Shown: positions 39,075 through 50,034 of the stretch, piece after piece
Layout of the letters: each line of letters opens with the position of its first letter
Position numbering within the stretch: the first letter of the stretch is position 1
NCBI GenBank assembly: GCA_963803045.1
Contig: CAWDLC010000019.1
Location: 17,542-81,541, forward strand
From: Candidatus Binataceae bacterium
GTDB taxonomy: Bacteria; Desulfobacterota; Binatia; Binatales; Binataceae
Length of the DNA: 64,000 bases
Direction: 5' to 3'
The notes under the pieces: model-generated
What the model saw: only the letters and a program-made list of their open reading frames with translations
Told to the model about the DNA's origin: nothing
Database searches by the model: none
Translations under genes and position numbers: made by a program

Positions 39075-40265
39075 ATGAGACTAGCAATCCCGGGATTTGC
39101 CATTATCGACCGCTACGTCGCCCGCGAAGTGCTGGCGCCGTTCGCGGTCGACGTCGGCCTGCTGACCTTCGCGCTGGTCACGGGCAAGTTGCTCAAGCTG
39201 ATGGACATGGTCGTCAATCACGGCGTCAGCCTCGGCGAGGTGATGGGGATCATGGGGTACATCATGCCGGCCTTTTTGGAACTCACGTTTCCGATGGCGG
39301 TGCTGCTCGGGGTGTTGATGGGATTCGGGCGGATGTCGAGCGACCAGGAGATGACCGCGGCGCGCGCCTGCGGCGTCAGCTTGTACCGGCTGGCGGTGCC
39401 CGTGATGATGGTGGCGCTTTGCGTGTACGCGATTTCGAGTTACTTCGCGTTCTCGCTGAGGCCGTGGGCGAATTCCAATCTGCGCAACAAGCTCTACGAA
39501 CTCAGCCAGACCCGGACCAGCGCCGGGCTGAAGGAAAAAGTCTTCAACAGCAATTTCCCCGGGCTGGTCGTTTATGTCGACGAGATGTCGGATACCGACT
39601 CCAGCATGAAGGGCGTCATGATCTCGGACGCGCGCGATCCGCACAACCAGAACACGATAATCGCCAAGCATGGAATGATGCTGCCCGACGCGCACAACAA
39701 GTCGATCACACTGCGGCTGTTCGACGGTTCGATCTTCGGCGTCGAGCCCGCCGACAACGCGACTCACATGACCAGCTTCAAGACCTACGATCTCGGCGTC
39801 AGCCCCGAGGCGGCGCTGGACGTGAGCGAGCAGGATCCGGGCGAAATGAAGTACTCGCAACTGCGCGCTGACATCAAGGCGGCGCGCGGCAAAGGGAAAC
39901 CGGACTACGCCGCCGAGACCGAGATGGCGGGCAAGTTTACCGTCCCGTTCGCCACGATGCTGTTCGCGCTGCTCGGCATCTCGCTCGGGCTCAAACCGGC
40001 GCGCGGCGGCCATTCGGAGCGCTTCGGCGTCAGCGTCGCGCTGTTCTTTCTCTATTACTCGCTGATGCGCGTGGGCGAGACGCTGGCGCAGCGCGGCAAG
40101 CTCGACGCGTGGGTCGCGATGAGCATCCCCGACATCGTATTCATGGCGCTGGCGTTCTGGTTCTTCTATCGCGCCGCGTCCGACAAGGGCGACCAGGGCC
40201 GCGGCCCCGGCGACATCATCTGGGATCTGGTCGAGCGCTACGAACGCAGCAGGCAGGCCGCATGA
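39075..40265 (+). CDS. lptF: LPS export ABC transporter permease LptF
   Basis: A 396-aa intact ORF in the YjgP/YjgQ family (IIDRYVAREVLAPF...). It is paired with the downstream lptG through an ATGA overlap. Confidence 0.85.
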   Translation: MRLAIPGFAIIDRYVAREVLAPFAVDVGLLTFALVTGKLLKLMDMVVNHGVSLGEVMGIMGYIMPAFLELTFPMAVLLGVLMGFGRMSSDQEMTAARACGVSLYRLAVPVMMVALCVYAISSYFAFSLRPWANSNLRNKLYELSQTRTSAGLKEKVFNSNFPGLVVYVDEMSDTDSSMKGVMISDARDPHNQNTIIAKHGMMLPDAHNKSITLRLFDGSIFGVEPADNATHMTSFKTYDLGVSPEAALDVSEQDPGEMKYSQLRADIKAARGKGKPDYAAETEMAGKFTVPFATMLFALLGISLGLKPARGGHSERFGVSVALFFLYYSLMRVGETLAQRGKLDAWVAMSIPDIVFMALAFWFFYRAASDKGDQGRGPGDIIWDLVERYERSRQAA

Positions 40266-41360
40266 GACTTCGACCGCGCCTTTCGCCGGTGATGGACCGC
40301 TTCATCGCGGGCCAGTTCTTCGGCCCGTTCATGGTTTGCCTGGCTGCCTTCACTGCGGCCTATCTGCTCGGCGACATGTTCGATCGATTCGACGATTTGA
40401 TCCGCTACGGCGGGCTGGGGTTATTGGGGCTGGAGTACTTCGCGCTCAAGCTGCCGCTGATCGTCTCGCAGGTTCTGCCGGTAGCGTGCCTGGCCGGCGT
40501 GCTGCTGGGCTTCGCGCTGCTCAATCGATCGGGAGAGGTGCTGGCCTGCCAGCAACTCGGCATCAGCCGGTTCGAGATGGCGGTGCCGGTGCTGATAGTC
40601 GCGGTGTTGATTTCGGGTTTTGATTTTATCATCAGCGAAACAGTTGTTCCCGCCGCGACGCGCCAGGCGAAGTATATCTACGCGGTGGAACTCAAGAAGC
40701 ACCAGCTCAAGGCGGTATTCGCCAACCGGCGCATCTGGGTGCGCGTGCGCGACGGATTCATTTCGGCCGACAGCTACGACCAGAAAAACGTCGCAGCTCG
40801 CCGGAATTACCCACTATCAACTCGACGACGATTTCGGCCTCAAGGATCTCGAGCATGCGTCGAGCGCGAAATGGAACGGTCACGAATGGGTTGAGACCGG
40901 GTTGAATTCGTTCCAGATCGCCGAGGGCGGCGCGGTGACCAAGACTGACACGCGCCTCGAGCTTGGACTGACGCCTGCCGATTTCGGCCTGCTGCGCTTC
41001 GACCCGGAGGAGTTCAGCTTGTGGGAACTCGACCGCTACATCGCCGATCTGCGCAGCAAGGGACTCGACCCGGGCGGCTACGTAGTCGATCGCGATCTGA
41101 AGTACGCGATGCCGCTGGCGTGCCTGATAATGGCCGCGCTCGGGATGGCGCTCAGCCTCGATCCGCTGCCGCGCAACCTGAGTCTGGGCCGCAGCTTCGG
41201 GTTGGCAATCGTGATCGGCTTCGCCTACTGGACGTCGCTCGGAATCACGTCCGCGCTGGGTCGTTCGGGGCTGCTGCCCGCGGTGATCGCCGCCTGGATT
41301 CCGAATTTCATGTTCGCGATGATCGCGATCGCGATATTCCTGTTCGGCGAAGAACGCTGA
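40262..41360 (+). CDS. lptG: LPS export ABC transporter permease LptG; one frame change in an A5 run at 40784-40788
   Basis: The N-terminus lies in the ORF 40109..40894 frame (MRLRPRLSPVMDRFIAGQFFGPF...). The C-terminus is in ORF 40620..41360 (TSQLAGITHYQLDDDFGL...LPAVIAAWIPNFMFAMIAIAIFLFGEER). Confidence 0.85.
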
Positions 41361-41387
41361 CCGCAGCTAGACCCGAGGTGTCCTGGC

Positions 41388-42419
41388 TCAGCCGCCGATT
41401 TGGTACATCGAGCGATCCTGCGTCGAGCGGCCCTCGAGCAGGTGATGTCCTGTCGGCTTGAGCTCACCGCGCGCTTGAGAATTCGCGCCACGTCGGCGAT
41501 TACGTCGCCTGAGTTCGAGCGCAACGCCCTGCGCACGTCGAGTTCGTCGTCATTGAGCAGACACAGGTGGAATTTTCCGTCCGCCGTCAGCCGCATCCGG
41601 TTGCAGGTCCCGCAGTAAGGCTCGCTGACAGGACTGATGAAGCCGACTACGCCGCGCGCGCCCGCAAGCCGGAAGTTGCGCGATTCGTCGGCCGGATTTC
41701 CGGACGGGATTTCAGTGAGCGCGCCGAGCGCCGCCTCGATTCTCCGCCGCGTCTCGATGTTGGACACGTAGCGCTTCATCGCCAGCCGGGCGCATTCGCC
41801 GCCGCCCAGCGGCATCAGCTCGATGAATCGCACGTGCCAATCGCGCTCTGAGCGTCAGGCGCGCCAGCTCGACGACGTCGGATTCGTTGTAGCCGGCCGT
41901 CACGACCGAGTTGAGCTTGATCGGCGTGAGTCCCGCCTGTTCGGCCGCGACGATCCCGCGCCAGATTTTCTCGAAGCTGCCCAATCGCATTTGCCGCTCG
42001 ACGGTCGCGGGGTCCAGGCTGTCGAGATGCACGTTGATTCGATTCAGCCCCGCGCGTTTCAGCGCCGGCGCAAGCTCCGGGAGCAGCAGCCCGTTGGTCG
42101 TAAGCGCCAGGCCGTCCACCCCGGGGACGCGTGCCAGCCGCTCGACTATCTGCACGATATCGAGCCGCAGGGTAGGCTCGCCGCCGGTCAGCCGGAATTT
42201 TCGAAAGCCCACGCCGACCGCGGCGCGCGCGACGGTCTCGAACTCCGCCGGGGTCAGCAACTCGTCTTTGGGAAGAAAGCGCAATCCTTCCAGCGGCATA
42301 CAGTAAACGCATCGCAGGTTGCAGTTGTCGATTACCGATAGCCGCAGGTAATCTATCTCGCGATTGAACGAGTCGCGGGGCACACGCCAATAGTTATCGA
42401 AGCAGCCCGCGCGAAACAA
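41388..42419 (-). CDS. moaA: GTP 3',8-cyclase MoaA (radical SAM); two frame changes (about 41849 and 41468)
   Basis: It has YLRLSVIDNCNLRCVYCMP (the CxxxCxxC cluster), FRLTGGEPTL, then ERDWHVRFIELMPLGG...EPYCGTCNRMRLTADGKFHLCL. The tail ELKPTGHHLLEGRSTQDRSMYQIGG* stops at 41388-41390. The start is TTG 42419 or GTG 42383. Confidence 0.85.
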
Positions 42420-42513
42420 CTAAACACCCGGCCGGGCTGAACGGGGGCTCGATCTTGCCAATTTGCTCGCGGCGCCTATTATCATTGGCATTGGGATGAA
42501 TGGGGGCCTGAAG

Positions 42514-43173
42514 ATGGTTTATCGATGGCGCGACAAATCGCGACTGAATCTGGTCTTGATTCGCGCCATCGCGATCACCGCATTGGGAGTCCTGGCGATC
42601 GCATCTTCGAGCTACGCGGCCGGCGCCAACCGCGCCGCATCCGACGCGGTCGTCGCCGAGGCGGAAAAGTTGATCATGCAGGCCGGCCACGAGGATCCTG
42701 TCGATACCAGGAAAATCCACACGGCGATGGACAAGCTGCATGAGGCGCTGCGCATCGATCCTCGAAACGACTCAGCGTACGTGGACCTCGGCTTCTGCTA
42801 CGGCGTGCTGCGCGACGGCGCAACCGCAATCGACATGTACCACACTGCGACCGAGCTGAATCCGTCGGGCAACAACTTCATCGAGCTGGCCGACGTGTAT
42901 CTGCGCGTCGGCGACTCTGAGGATGCCCTGCTCGCCGCCAACGCCGGAATAGTCAAGGATCCTGCCAACGCGCGGCTCTACAACGCCAAGGGCATGGCGC
43001 TGAACGATTTGCAGCGCTTCGCCGAAGCCGAAGAAGCCTGGGAGAAGGCCCTCCAGCTCAATCCTAATCTGAGAGTCGCGCAGCTAAATCTCGACGCACT
43101 CAACAGCGGCTCAAGCGGCCGCGGCAGTATCGTCAAGCATCCGCAACAACCGCCGGCAAGCACGACGCGCTAG
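42514..43173 (+). CDS. TPR-repeat protein with N-terminal signal/anchor
   Basis: The start is the internal ATG 42514 of ORF 42463..43173. It has LIRAIAITALGVLAIASSSYA followed by TPR-like repeats (ALRIDPRNDSAYVDLGFCY, ATELNPSGNNFIELADVY, KDPANARLYNAKGMAL, ALQLNPNL). Confidence 0.7.
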   Translation: MVYRWRDKSRLNLVLIRAIAITALGVLAIASSSYAAGANRAASDAVVAEAEKLIMQAGHEDPVDTRKIHTAMDKLHEALRIDPRNDSAYVDLGFCYGVLRDGATAIDMYHTATELNPSGNNFIELADVYLRVGDSEDALLAANAGIVKDPANARLYNAKGMALNDLQRFAEAEEAWEKALQLNPNLRVAQLNLDALNSGSSGRGSIVKHPQQPPASTTR

Positions 43174-43505
43174 CCGCCAGTGATCGGACGCTCGGGCTCC
43201 GCCACGCAATATGCGCATCGGCAGAGGTTCCTGAGTTGGGACATCGTGTAGATAGTCTCGTGGCCGTCAGCCCATCCGATAAACACTGCCGCTTCGCCCA
43301 GCCGCGAAAGCTGCCGCATGCGGATGCTCGCGGGCGGCACGTCACCGTTCACGTTGCCCTTGCACGCGTCGCACGGGCATCCGCGGCGCAAATTTTCCAG
43401 CGGGAAAATGCTGTCGTGACCGTCGACCCATTGCACGCCAACGGCGTAGCGCCCGACTTCGTGAAGCCCTTTGATCTTCGGAGTCTTTGACTTGATAAGC
43501 GCCAT
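43170..43505 (-). CDS. DUF971 domain protein (gamma-butyrobetaine hydroxylase N-terminal-like)
   Basis: A 111-aa ORF with two repeats of the W.DGH....... pattern (VQWVDGHDSIFPLENLRRGCPCDAC and IGWADGHETIYTMSQLRNLCRCAYC). Confidence 0.65.
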   Translation of the reverse strand: MALIKSKTPKIKGLHEVGRYAVGVQWVDGHDSIFPLENLRRGCPCDACKGNVNGDVPPASIRMRQLSRLGEAAVFIGWADGHETIYTMSQLRNLCRCAYCVAEPERPITGG

Positions 43506-43685
43506 CGGTGCAGCCTTTGCGTGAGTATATCTCCGGCGCCGACGGCTGTGGAGACCACGCGATGGCGAAGGACTCGAAGAAGTTTGCGCTCTCGATGCAC
43601 TCGGTGATCACATGGATTCCGCTGAGATTAGAATCGACGAACTGAGCCGCGCGCTCAGCGCCTAACCGCGAGCGCCAGCGGCGAG

Positions 43686-44672
43686 TTGCTCGCCAAGCAG
43701 CCTCATTGGGGCGACGCGATTGCGTGCGACGGCCTCGTTTACGCCGCGCGCGCTCTCAAGACCAGCGCCCCGATCGAGGCGGCCGAGCGATGGTTCGCGC
43801 CAAAGCTCGCGGCGGGTCCGCGCACCAACGGATGGTTCTGGTTCTGGGCGGCCGAAGCGCTGCCGGCACTCGACCTGCACCTGAAGACGAATGATCCGCG
43901 CTACCTGGAATATGCACGCGCGATCGTCGGCTTCATGGAAAATTCAGCCGCGCGAACCCCCGACGGCGCTTTCGTCCCGCATCCACCGGCGCTCGAAGTG
44001 TGGATCGACGTCTGCTACTTCACCGCGCCCGCGATCGCATTACTCGGCCGAATCTCAGGCGACCCCGCGATGCTCGAGCGTGCGCTGGATCAGATGATCG
44101 TTCATCACGATCATCTGGCCGACCCCGGAAGCCGGCTTTTCTGGCATGTCGCCTACCTTGACCGAAAATCGCATTCGCCGTGTTTGTGGGCGCGCGGCAA
44201 CAGCTGGTTTTCGGTCGCGGCGCCGCAAGTGCTGGCCGAAATCGAGGCGGCCGGCCCGCTTCAACCGCTCGCTACAAAGGTTGACAAGATTGGCAAGGCG
44301 CTGGCGCTTCAACTCAATAAAGTCGCCTCGTTGCAGGACGAGTCCGGCCTGTGGCACACCGTGATCGATCGTGACGATTCGTATCTCGAGGCGTCGGCGG
44401 CGGCCGGATTTGCGCTCGCACTCGGCCGCGCTATTGGGACCCGGCTGCCCGGTCTCGACGATGCTCGCGCACGCCACGCGTACTCGCGCGCGCTTGGCGC
44501 GATTTGCTCGAAGATAGACTCGCACGGCGCGTTCACGGGCGTGTCGCAGCAAACGCCGCCGGGGGACTTTGCCTTTTACAATTCGATCGAAATCGGAACT
44601 GCGCCGTTCGCGACCGGCGTATGCATGATGGCGCTCAGCGAGGCGGTTGAGACATGGCAAACAAGAAAGTAG
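43686..44672 (+). CDS. glycoside hydrolase family 88/105-like (unsaturated glucuronyl/rhamnogalacturonyl hydrolase)
   Basis: It has ...WIDVCYFTAPAIALLG...LFWHVAYLD......WARGNSWFSVA...SGLWHTVIDRDDSYLEASAAAGFA. TTG 43686 is a weak start. An ATG at 43613 (MDSAEIRIDELSRALSA) in another frame suggests one more frame change. Confidence 0.6.
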   Translation: MLAKQPHWGDAIACDGLVYAARALKTSAPIEAAERWFAPKLAAGPRTNGWFWFWAAEALPALDLHLKTNDPRYLEYARAIVGFMENSAARTPDGAFVPHPPALEVWIDVCYFTAPAIALLGRISGDPAMLERALDQMIVHHDHLADPGSRLFWHVAYLDRKSHSPCLWARGNSWFSVAAPQVLAEIEAAGPLQPLATKVDKIGKALALQLNKVASLQDESGLWHTVIDRDDSYLEASAAAGFALALGRAIGTRLPGLDDARARHAYSRALGAICSKIDSHGAFTGVSQQTPPGDFAFYNSIEIGTAPFATGVCMMALSEAVETWQTRK

Positions 44673-44724
44673 TAGTGCTGCCGGGAAGCTACTAACCGAA
44701 TTTTTTTCGTGGAGAGACGTTCCG

Positions 44725-45141
44725 ATGCCCGAAGCAGCCGCGTCACAATCGAACCTCTATTCCGTTTCGCCCGATCCGATGCTCAACGGGGGATACTGCC
44801 GCGCGTGCGGCTACGTATTCTTTCCACCACAGAACTATGGTTGCGAGTCTTGCGGCGCATCGCCGGAGAAACTCGAACCGAAATCACTCAAAGGCGAAGG
44901 TGTGCTGAGTTCTTTCGCGACGGTCAATCTGCATCAGGGCAAGGGAATCGAGCCTCCGTTCACGGTCGGTGTAATTGTTCTTGATGACGGTCCCGCGATT
45001 CGAGCGGTTCTGACTCACAAGAGCGGCCAGGGCTTGAAGATCGGAGATCGGATGCGTGCGGTTATCGTCGCCGCCGCCGATGACGAGCGCGGTGCGCCCG
45101 CAAACGAACTCCGTTTCGCGAAGCAGGAGACTCAGCGATGA
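44725..45141 (+). CDS. Zn-ribbon/OB-fold protein (DUF35), thiolase partner
   Basis: It has CRACGYVFFPPQNYGCESCG (rubredoxin-like ribbon) followed by an OB-fold. The start is the internal ATG 44725. It joins the thiolase gene through an ATGA overlap. Confidence 0.75.
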   Translation: MPEAAASQSNLYSVSPDPMLNGGYCRACGYVFFPPQNYGCESCGASPEKLEPKSLKGEGVLSSFATVNLHQGKGIEPPFTVGVIVLDDGPAIRAVLTHKSGQGLKIGDRMRAVIVAAADDERGAPANELRFAKQETQR

Positions 45142-46289
45142 AAAAGACACTGCGCGAGATGCGTCCCGTGTACGTTGTGGGCATCGGGCTGCATCGCTAT
45201 CAGCGCATGAGCGAGACTCCCTACGTCACACTCGGGCTGACCGCCGTGCGCGAGGCGCTTTCGGACGCGAATATCGAGTGGCGCTCGGTTGAATCCGCAT
45301 ACACCGGCACCGCGCTGCTTGGAATGGCGGCGAGTCGCCCGATGCTGCGCTACCTCGGCGCCACCGGCATCCCGATGGCGCAGGTGGAGAACGCGTCAGC
45401 TTCGGGTTCGACCGCCGTTCGCCAAGCCTGTCTCGACGTCGCCAGCGGCATCACCGATGTCTCAATCGCGGTCGGAGTGGATAAGCCGGGACCGGTGGCG
45501 ATGGCTCCGGCAAAGGCTAACATTCACGACCTGGCCGGGCGCTACATCGTTCCGTTTACGCATTTCGCGCTGCTCGCCAACGAGTACATGAATCGCTACG
45601 CTGCCACCGCCGAGCAGGTTGCGGCTGTGGCAGTGAAGAATAATCGCAATGGTGCAAACAACCCGTACGCGCAGCGACAGAAGGCGGTCAGCCTGGAAGA
45701 GGTGCTCGCCGGTCCGCAGATTTCCGGCTCGCTGACGCGGCTGCAATGCTGCCCGGTCGGCGAAGGAGCAGCCGCGGCGATCGTTGCGTCGGACGACGCG
45801 ATCGAAAAGCTTCGAATCAATCGCGCGCGCGCGGTGCGTGTAATTGCGTCAGTCTCGCGGAGCGAAAGGGTTTACCGCGGCGCAAAGAACTTCGATGCCG
45901 AACTCACTCGCGAAACCGTTGCGCAAGCGTATGAGCAGGCACAAATTTCGCCCAAGGACCTCGACGTGGTCGAACTGCACGATGCGTTCACGATCGAAGA
46001 ACTGCTGTACGCCGAAGCCATGGGCCTGTGTGGCGAAGGCGAGGCAGTGCGGATGGTCGCGAGCGGCGCGGCCGACATCGGCGGGAAATGCGCGATAAGC
46101 GCCTCGGGAGGATTGCTCGCGATGGGCCATCCGATTGGACCCACGGGAGCGGGGCAGGTGGTGGAGATTGCGCGTCAGTTGCGCGGAGAAGCGGGAGTTC
46201 GCCAGCAGCCGAATGCGCGGATCGGACTGGCGCATATGGTCGGCGTCGGCGCGGTCTGCGTGGTGCACGTCTTGCAGAAGGCGGCCTAA
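45138..46289 (+). CDS. thiolase-family protein (SCP-x/nonspecific lipid-transfer type)
   Basis: A 383-aa intact ORF with VENASASGSTAVRQA (active-site Cys replaced or contextual)...CPVGEGAAAAIV...GGLLAMGHPIGPTGAGQVVE. Confidence 0.8.
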   Translation: MKKTLREMRPVYVVGIGLHRYQRMSETPYVTLGLTAVREALSDANIEWRSVESAYTGTALLGMAASRPMLRYLGATGIPMAQVENASASGSTAVRQACLDVASGITDVSIAVGVDKPGPVAMAPAKANIHDLAGRYIVPFTHFALLANEYMNRYAATAEQVAAVAVKNNRNGANNPYAQRQKAVSLEEVLAGPQISGSLTRLQCCPVGEGAAAAIVASDDAIEKLRINRARAVRVIASVSRSERVYRGAKNFDAELTRETVAQAYEQAQISPKDLDVVELHDAFTIEELLYAEAMGLCGEGEAVRMVASGAADIGGKCAISASGGLLAMGHPIGPTGAGQVVEIARQLRGEAGVRQQPNARIGLAHMVGVGAVCVVHVLQKAA

Positions 46290-46301
46290 AGGAACCCGCG
46301 A

Positions 46302-47084
46302 TCACTCCGGCAGATTGAGCTGCTTTGCGAGGCGACGGAGTTCCTCCTTGCGGCCCGGAATCGGCGCCGGCGTTTGCAGCATTTTGGTTTTCTTCAGCTC
46401 CTCGACGACTTTAGGATCGCGCGGAAACGGATTTCCGTACTTGCCGAGGAAGTACTGCTCCTCGAACGGAGGCCGCGGCCGCTGCCCGCCCGCTTCGCGA
46501 GACTCCAGCGAGTAGCCGATGTTGAGCTGGTAGAGCGGGAACCAATCCGCGGGCGGCTTGGTGATCGCGCCGATGACGGGTGCGGTGAACGAGGTAAGAC
46601 ACGCACCGAGCCCTTGCTCGAACGCCATCAGCAGGCCCTGGCACGCCGCGACGCCGCAATCGAAAGCGGCCATGGTCGAATAGTACGGCGATTCGGTCAT
46701 CGGCTTCAGGATCTGCGGATACACGACCTCATCGATGAACTTGACACTCCAGCCGTGGGTCGAAGCGACGATGTCCGCATCGAATAACTGCCTGAGACGG
46801 GCACCCTTGACCCGATTGACGACGCCGAGGTCGGCATAGAAGTAGATATGCACGGGGGCGAGTGTAATGACGGTGGCCTGCACCGGGTTCTTGAGCTTCT
46901 CGAGTTCGGCCTTGGGTATGTCGTCGCGCTTGACGACGATTGCGCGCAGCCAGTGCGCATTGACGGCGCATGAAGCGATCAGGCAGGCCTCCAGAATTTT
47001 CTGAATCTTGTCCTGTTCGACGGGTCGATTGGGATCGAAGAAGCGAATCGAACGTCGCGTGCCGATTAATTCCTGATATTCCAT
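46302..47084 (-). CDS. nitroreductase-family protein
   Basis: The start is the internal ATG 47084 of ORF 46302..47204. It opens with MEYQELIGTRRSIRFFDPNRPVEQDKIQKILEACLIA, a typical nitroreductase N-terminus. Confidence 0.7.
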   Translation of the reverse strand: MEYQELIGTRRSIRFFDPNRPVEQDKIQKILEACLIASCAVNAHWLRAIVVKRDDIPKAELEKLKNPVQATVITLAPVHIYFYADLGVVNRVKGARLRQLFDADIVASTHGWSVKFIDEVVYPQILKPMTESPYYSTMAAFDCGVAACQGLLMAFEQGLGACLTSFTAPVIGAITKPPADWFPLYQLNIGYSLESREAGGQRPRPPFEEQYFLGKYGNPFPRDPKVVEELKKTKMLQTPAPIPGRKEELRRLAKQLNLPE

Positions 47085-47149
47085 TGTCCTTCCCCGGGTC
47101 GCGGAAGTTTTTTTTGCACCGCCATTGCGCCGCCCCGCTGGCGGCTGGT

Positions 47150-48721
47150 TCATGCCGGCGTGCGTGTTCGTTCGACTTTGATGCCTGCCTGCTCGCGATC
47201 CCACGCGCCGGCGACGCCGAGCGCCTTCAGCGCTGCATATTGGATGCGCTCAGTGCCGGTCTTGGGAAGCTCGCCGATAAATTCGATGAAACGCGGCACC
47301 GCGTAGTAGGCCATCCGGCCGCGGCAAAACTCGATGAGATCTTCGGGGCGAAGTTTCGCGTTGGGCGCCAGCACGACCGCGATCTTGACTTCATCCTCCC
47401 CGAGTTCCGACGGCACCGCATAGGCCGCCGACTCCAACACTGCGGGATGCTGATTGACGACGGTCTCGATCTCCCAGGCGGAAATGTTCTCGCCGCGGCG
47501 CCGGATCGACGCCTTCTTGCGTCCGCAGAAATAATAGAAACCGTCCTCGTCGGTCCTGGCGAGATCGCCCGAATGGAACCATCCGCCGCGGTATGCATCC
47601 GCAGTCGCATCGGGAAGCTTGTGATAATGACTGAGCTGGCCCTTGGGATGACGGAAGACGAGTTCGCCGACCTTGCCCGCCGGGAGCGGGTTGTCGTTGT
47701 CGTCGACCACGCGGAACTCGACCTCGCCGACCGGCTTACCCATCGAGCCGACGCGGTCGACGTCGTTCATAAGGAAGCCGGGCGAATCGACCATTCCATA
47801 AACTTCGATGATCCTGACGCCGAAACGATCCTCGAATTCCTTCCACACTGATGGCGGACATGCTGCCGAGAGCACCACACGCACTTCGTGCTGGCGATCG
47901 TCGGGACGTGGCGGCTGCTTGAGCAGAATCGGAATCATGCCGCCCAGGGTGTTGAACTCGACGGCGTGGTACTTGCGGCATTCGTCCCAGAATCGCGACG
48001 CGCTGAAGCGCTCGGCGATCGCGAATTTGGCATCGAGAAGGATCGAGCCGAATCCCGAGATCATCAGCGCGTTGCCGTGAAACAGCGGGAGCGCCGTGTA
48101 GATGGTCTCGCCGGGACGCAGCTTGAGAGCGCCCAGCACCGCACCGAGGGCAGTGCTATCTCCGCCGCTGGCGATGACGCCTTTGGGAGGCCCGGTGGTG
48201 CCCGAGGTGTACATCATGCTTGCGCCACCGGCGCCTGAGCCAACATCGACGTCAGGTTCCCGATCGGGATGCGCCATCAGGGCGTCCAGAGTCGTATCGA
48301 CGCCGTTGCCCGCCTTGCCGTCGGCTACCACCTTGGCTTTCAGGCTCGGCAGCGAGTCCTTTACCGCCATCACCGAATCGCGCAGCAGCTCTTCGAAGAT
48401 CACCGCCGCGGAGTCGGAGTCCGCGAGCACGTGATGCAAGGTCACGCCGCGCTGCGAGGTGTTGACGGGAACGCTCACCGCGCCAATGAAACCGATGGCG
48501 AAGTGTATCCACAAAAATTCGGGGCGATTCCCCATCATGATCGCGACGCGGTCGCCCGGCGCGATGCCGAGAGCGAGCAAGCCGTTGGCAGCGCGATGAA
48601 TGTTACTCAACACTTGCTGCCACGAAAATTCCTGGTCTTTGAACTTGAGCCAGGTTTCGTGTGGATGCTGCTTCACGCGCAGCCTGATCAGCTGCTCAAT
48701 CGCTCCCTGTACCCGCGCCAT
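47150..48721 (-). CDS. AMP-dependent acyl-CoA synthetase/ligase
   Basis: A 523-aa intact ORF with MMYTSGTTGPPKGV, WFHSGDLA and IRRRGENIS motifs. Confidence 0.9.
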   Translation of the reverse strand: MARVQGAIEQLIRLRVKQHPHETWLKFKDQEFSWQQVLSNIHRAANGLLALGIAPGDRVAIMMGNRPEFLWIHFAIGFIGAVSVPVNTSQRGVTLHHVLADSDSAAVIFEELLRDSVMAVKDSLPSLKAKVVADGKAGNGVDTTLDALMAHPDREPDVDVGSGAGGASMMYTSGTTGPPKGVIASGGDSTALGAVLGALKLRPGETIYTALPLFHGNALMISGFGSILLDAKFAIAERFSASRFWDECRKYHAVEFNTLGGMIPILLKQPPRPDDRQHEVRVVLSAACPPSVWKEFEDRFGVRIIEVYGMVDSPGFLMNDVDRVGSMGKPVGEVEFRVVDDNDNPLPAGKVGELVFRHPKGQLSHYHKLPDATADAYRGGWFHSGDLARTDEDGFYYFCGRKKASIRRRGENISAWEIETVVNQHPAVLESAAYAVPSELGEDEVKIAVVLAPNAKLRPEDLIEFCRGRMAYYAVPRFIEFIGELPKTGTERIQYAALKALGVAGAWDREQAGIKVERTRTPA

Positions 48722-48762
48722 CGGCGATCTCCATCGCGATCAGCTAAATGCGACCGTAGCTG

Positions 48763-50034
48763 CTAGGCGTGCGCGTGGCCATTGGCCTCGGCGAGGATGT
48801 GTCGCGCGCCAGCCAGGCTCAGGACTTCGTTGGTGCCGTCCTCGATCAGCGAGGCGCGCGCATCGCGGAACATTTTCTCGACCGGGTATTCCTTGCTCAG
48901 CCCGTTGCCGCCGAAGATCTGCACGGCGTCGCTGGCCACCTCGAATGCGGCCTGAGTGCAGAAGGTCTTCGCGGCGATGGCATGTTGGAGTGAAGGCGCC
49001 CCTGACGAGCTGTTGTAAACGGTAACCGCACGCGAGAGGGCGCGGCAAGCCTCGACCTTGGTGAACATTTCGAACAGGCGTTTCTGCACCAGCTGATGCT
49101 CACAGATGGGACGCCCGCCCTGGACGCGTTCCCTCGAATAGTCGAGTGCGGCCTCATATGCGGCGCGGGCGAGCCCGGTAAATGCGGTGGACATGCCGCC
49201 GTTGGCGCCGGTCAGCGTCGCGGTCGTGTGCTGCTCATAGGTATCAGAGTTCACCACCATGTAATGGCGCGGGATGCGCACGTTCTCGAAAAAGATCTCG
49301 CCCTGGTTGAGCGCGCGCTGCCCCATTTTGTTGAGCGGCTTGCCCTTCGACACTCCCCGCAGGTTGAGCGGAACCACCGCGACGCCGCCGCCGGACATTC
49401 CTACTGCTGCATGAGGCGGTTCGGATTCGATCCTGAGAAAGAGTGCGGCGTGAGTCGCGATGGTGCCGTTGGAAACCCATGACGACTTCTGGCCGTTGAT
49501 GACATAGGAGTCGCCGTCGGCGCGCGCGACGACTTCAGCCTTCACCTTGGGATCGTGATACTCGGGCGTGCCTACCATTATATGATCAGATCCATGGTTG
49601 GGCTCGGTGATAGCCCAACATCCTATGAAGGCGGCTTCGCGGTCCGCGATGTAGGGCTTCACGATGGTTTCGTACAGATCGGGATTGCCGCTGCGGGCGG
49701 CAACACCGGCCGGGAAACCCGCGCATCCGATAGATAACGACAGGTCAACCGATCCCCACGCCAGTTCCTCATGGAGGATGTGACTGGCGAGCGGATCGAG
49801 TCCCAGCCCACCCATCGCGACCGGGATTCCCCCCACATGATAGCCGAGGCCGTAGGCCTTCTTCAGAACCTGTCGTAGCGGGGAATCCGGCGCGATGACA
49901 TCCTTGGGATCGGCCATGCGATCGAGTTCGGCCGCGGCCGGACGCATCACTTCTTTCGCGAAGCGATGAGCGGTCGCGCGCAGCGACTCGTACTCTTTCG
50001 GGACCCCGAGACAGAGTTCACGGTAAGTGTCCAT
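48763..50034 (-). CDS. acyl-CoA dehydrogenase
   Basis: The start is the internal ATG 50034. It has ...AITEPNHGSD...INGQKSSWVSNG...QIFGGNGLSKEYPVEKMFRDARASLIEDGTNEV. Confidence 0.9.
   Translation of the reverse strand: MDTYRELCLGVPKEYESLRATAHRFAKEVMRPAAAELDRMADPKDVIAPDSPLRQVLKKAYGLGYHVGGIPVAMGGLGLDPLASHILHEELAWGSVDLSLSIGCAGFPAGVAARSGNPDLYETIVKPYIADREAAFIGCWAITEPNHGSDHIMVGTPEYHDPKVKAEVVARADGDSYVINGQKSSWVSNGTIATHAALFLRIESEPPHAAVGMSGGGVAVVPLNLRGVSKGKPLNKMGQRALNQGEIFFENVRIPRHYMVVNSDTYEQHTTATLTGANGGMSTAFTGLARAAYEAALDYSRERVQGGRPICEHQLVQKRLFEMFTKVEACRALSRAVTVYNSSSGAPSLQHAIAAKTFCTQAAFEVASDAVQIFGGNGLSKEYPVEKMFRDARASLIEDGTNEVLSLAGARHILAEANGHAHA

Noticed and set aside
42420-42513. A Moco riboswitch upstream of moaA.
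   Set aside because: The divergent intergenic space is under 100 nt and lacks the conserved Moco-motif blocks.
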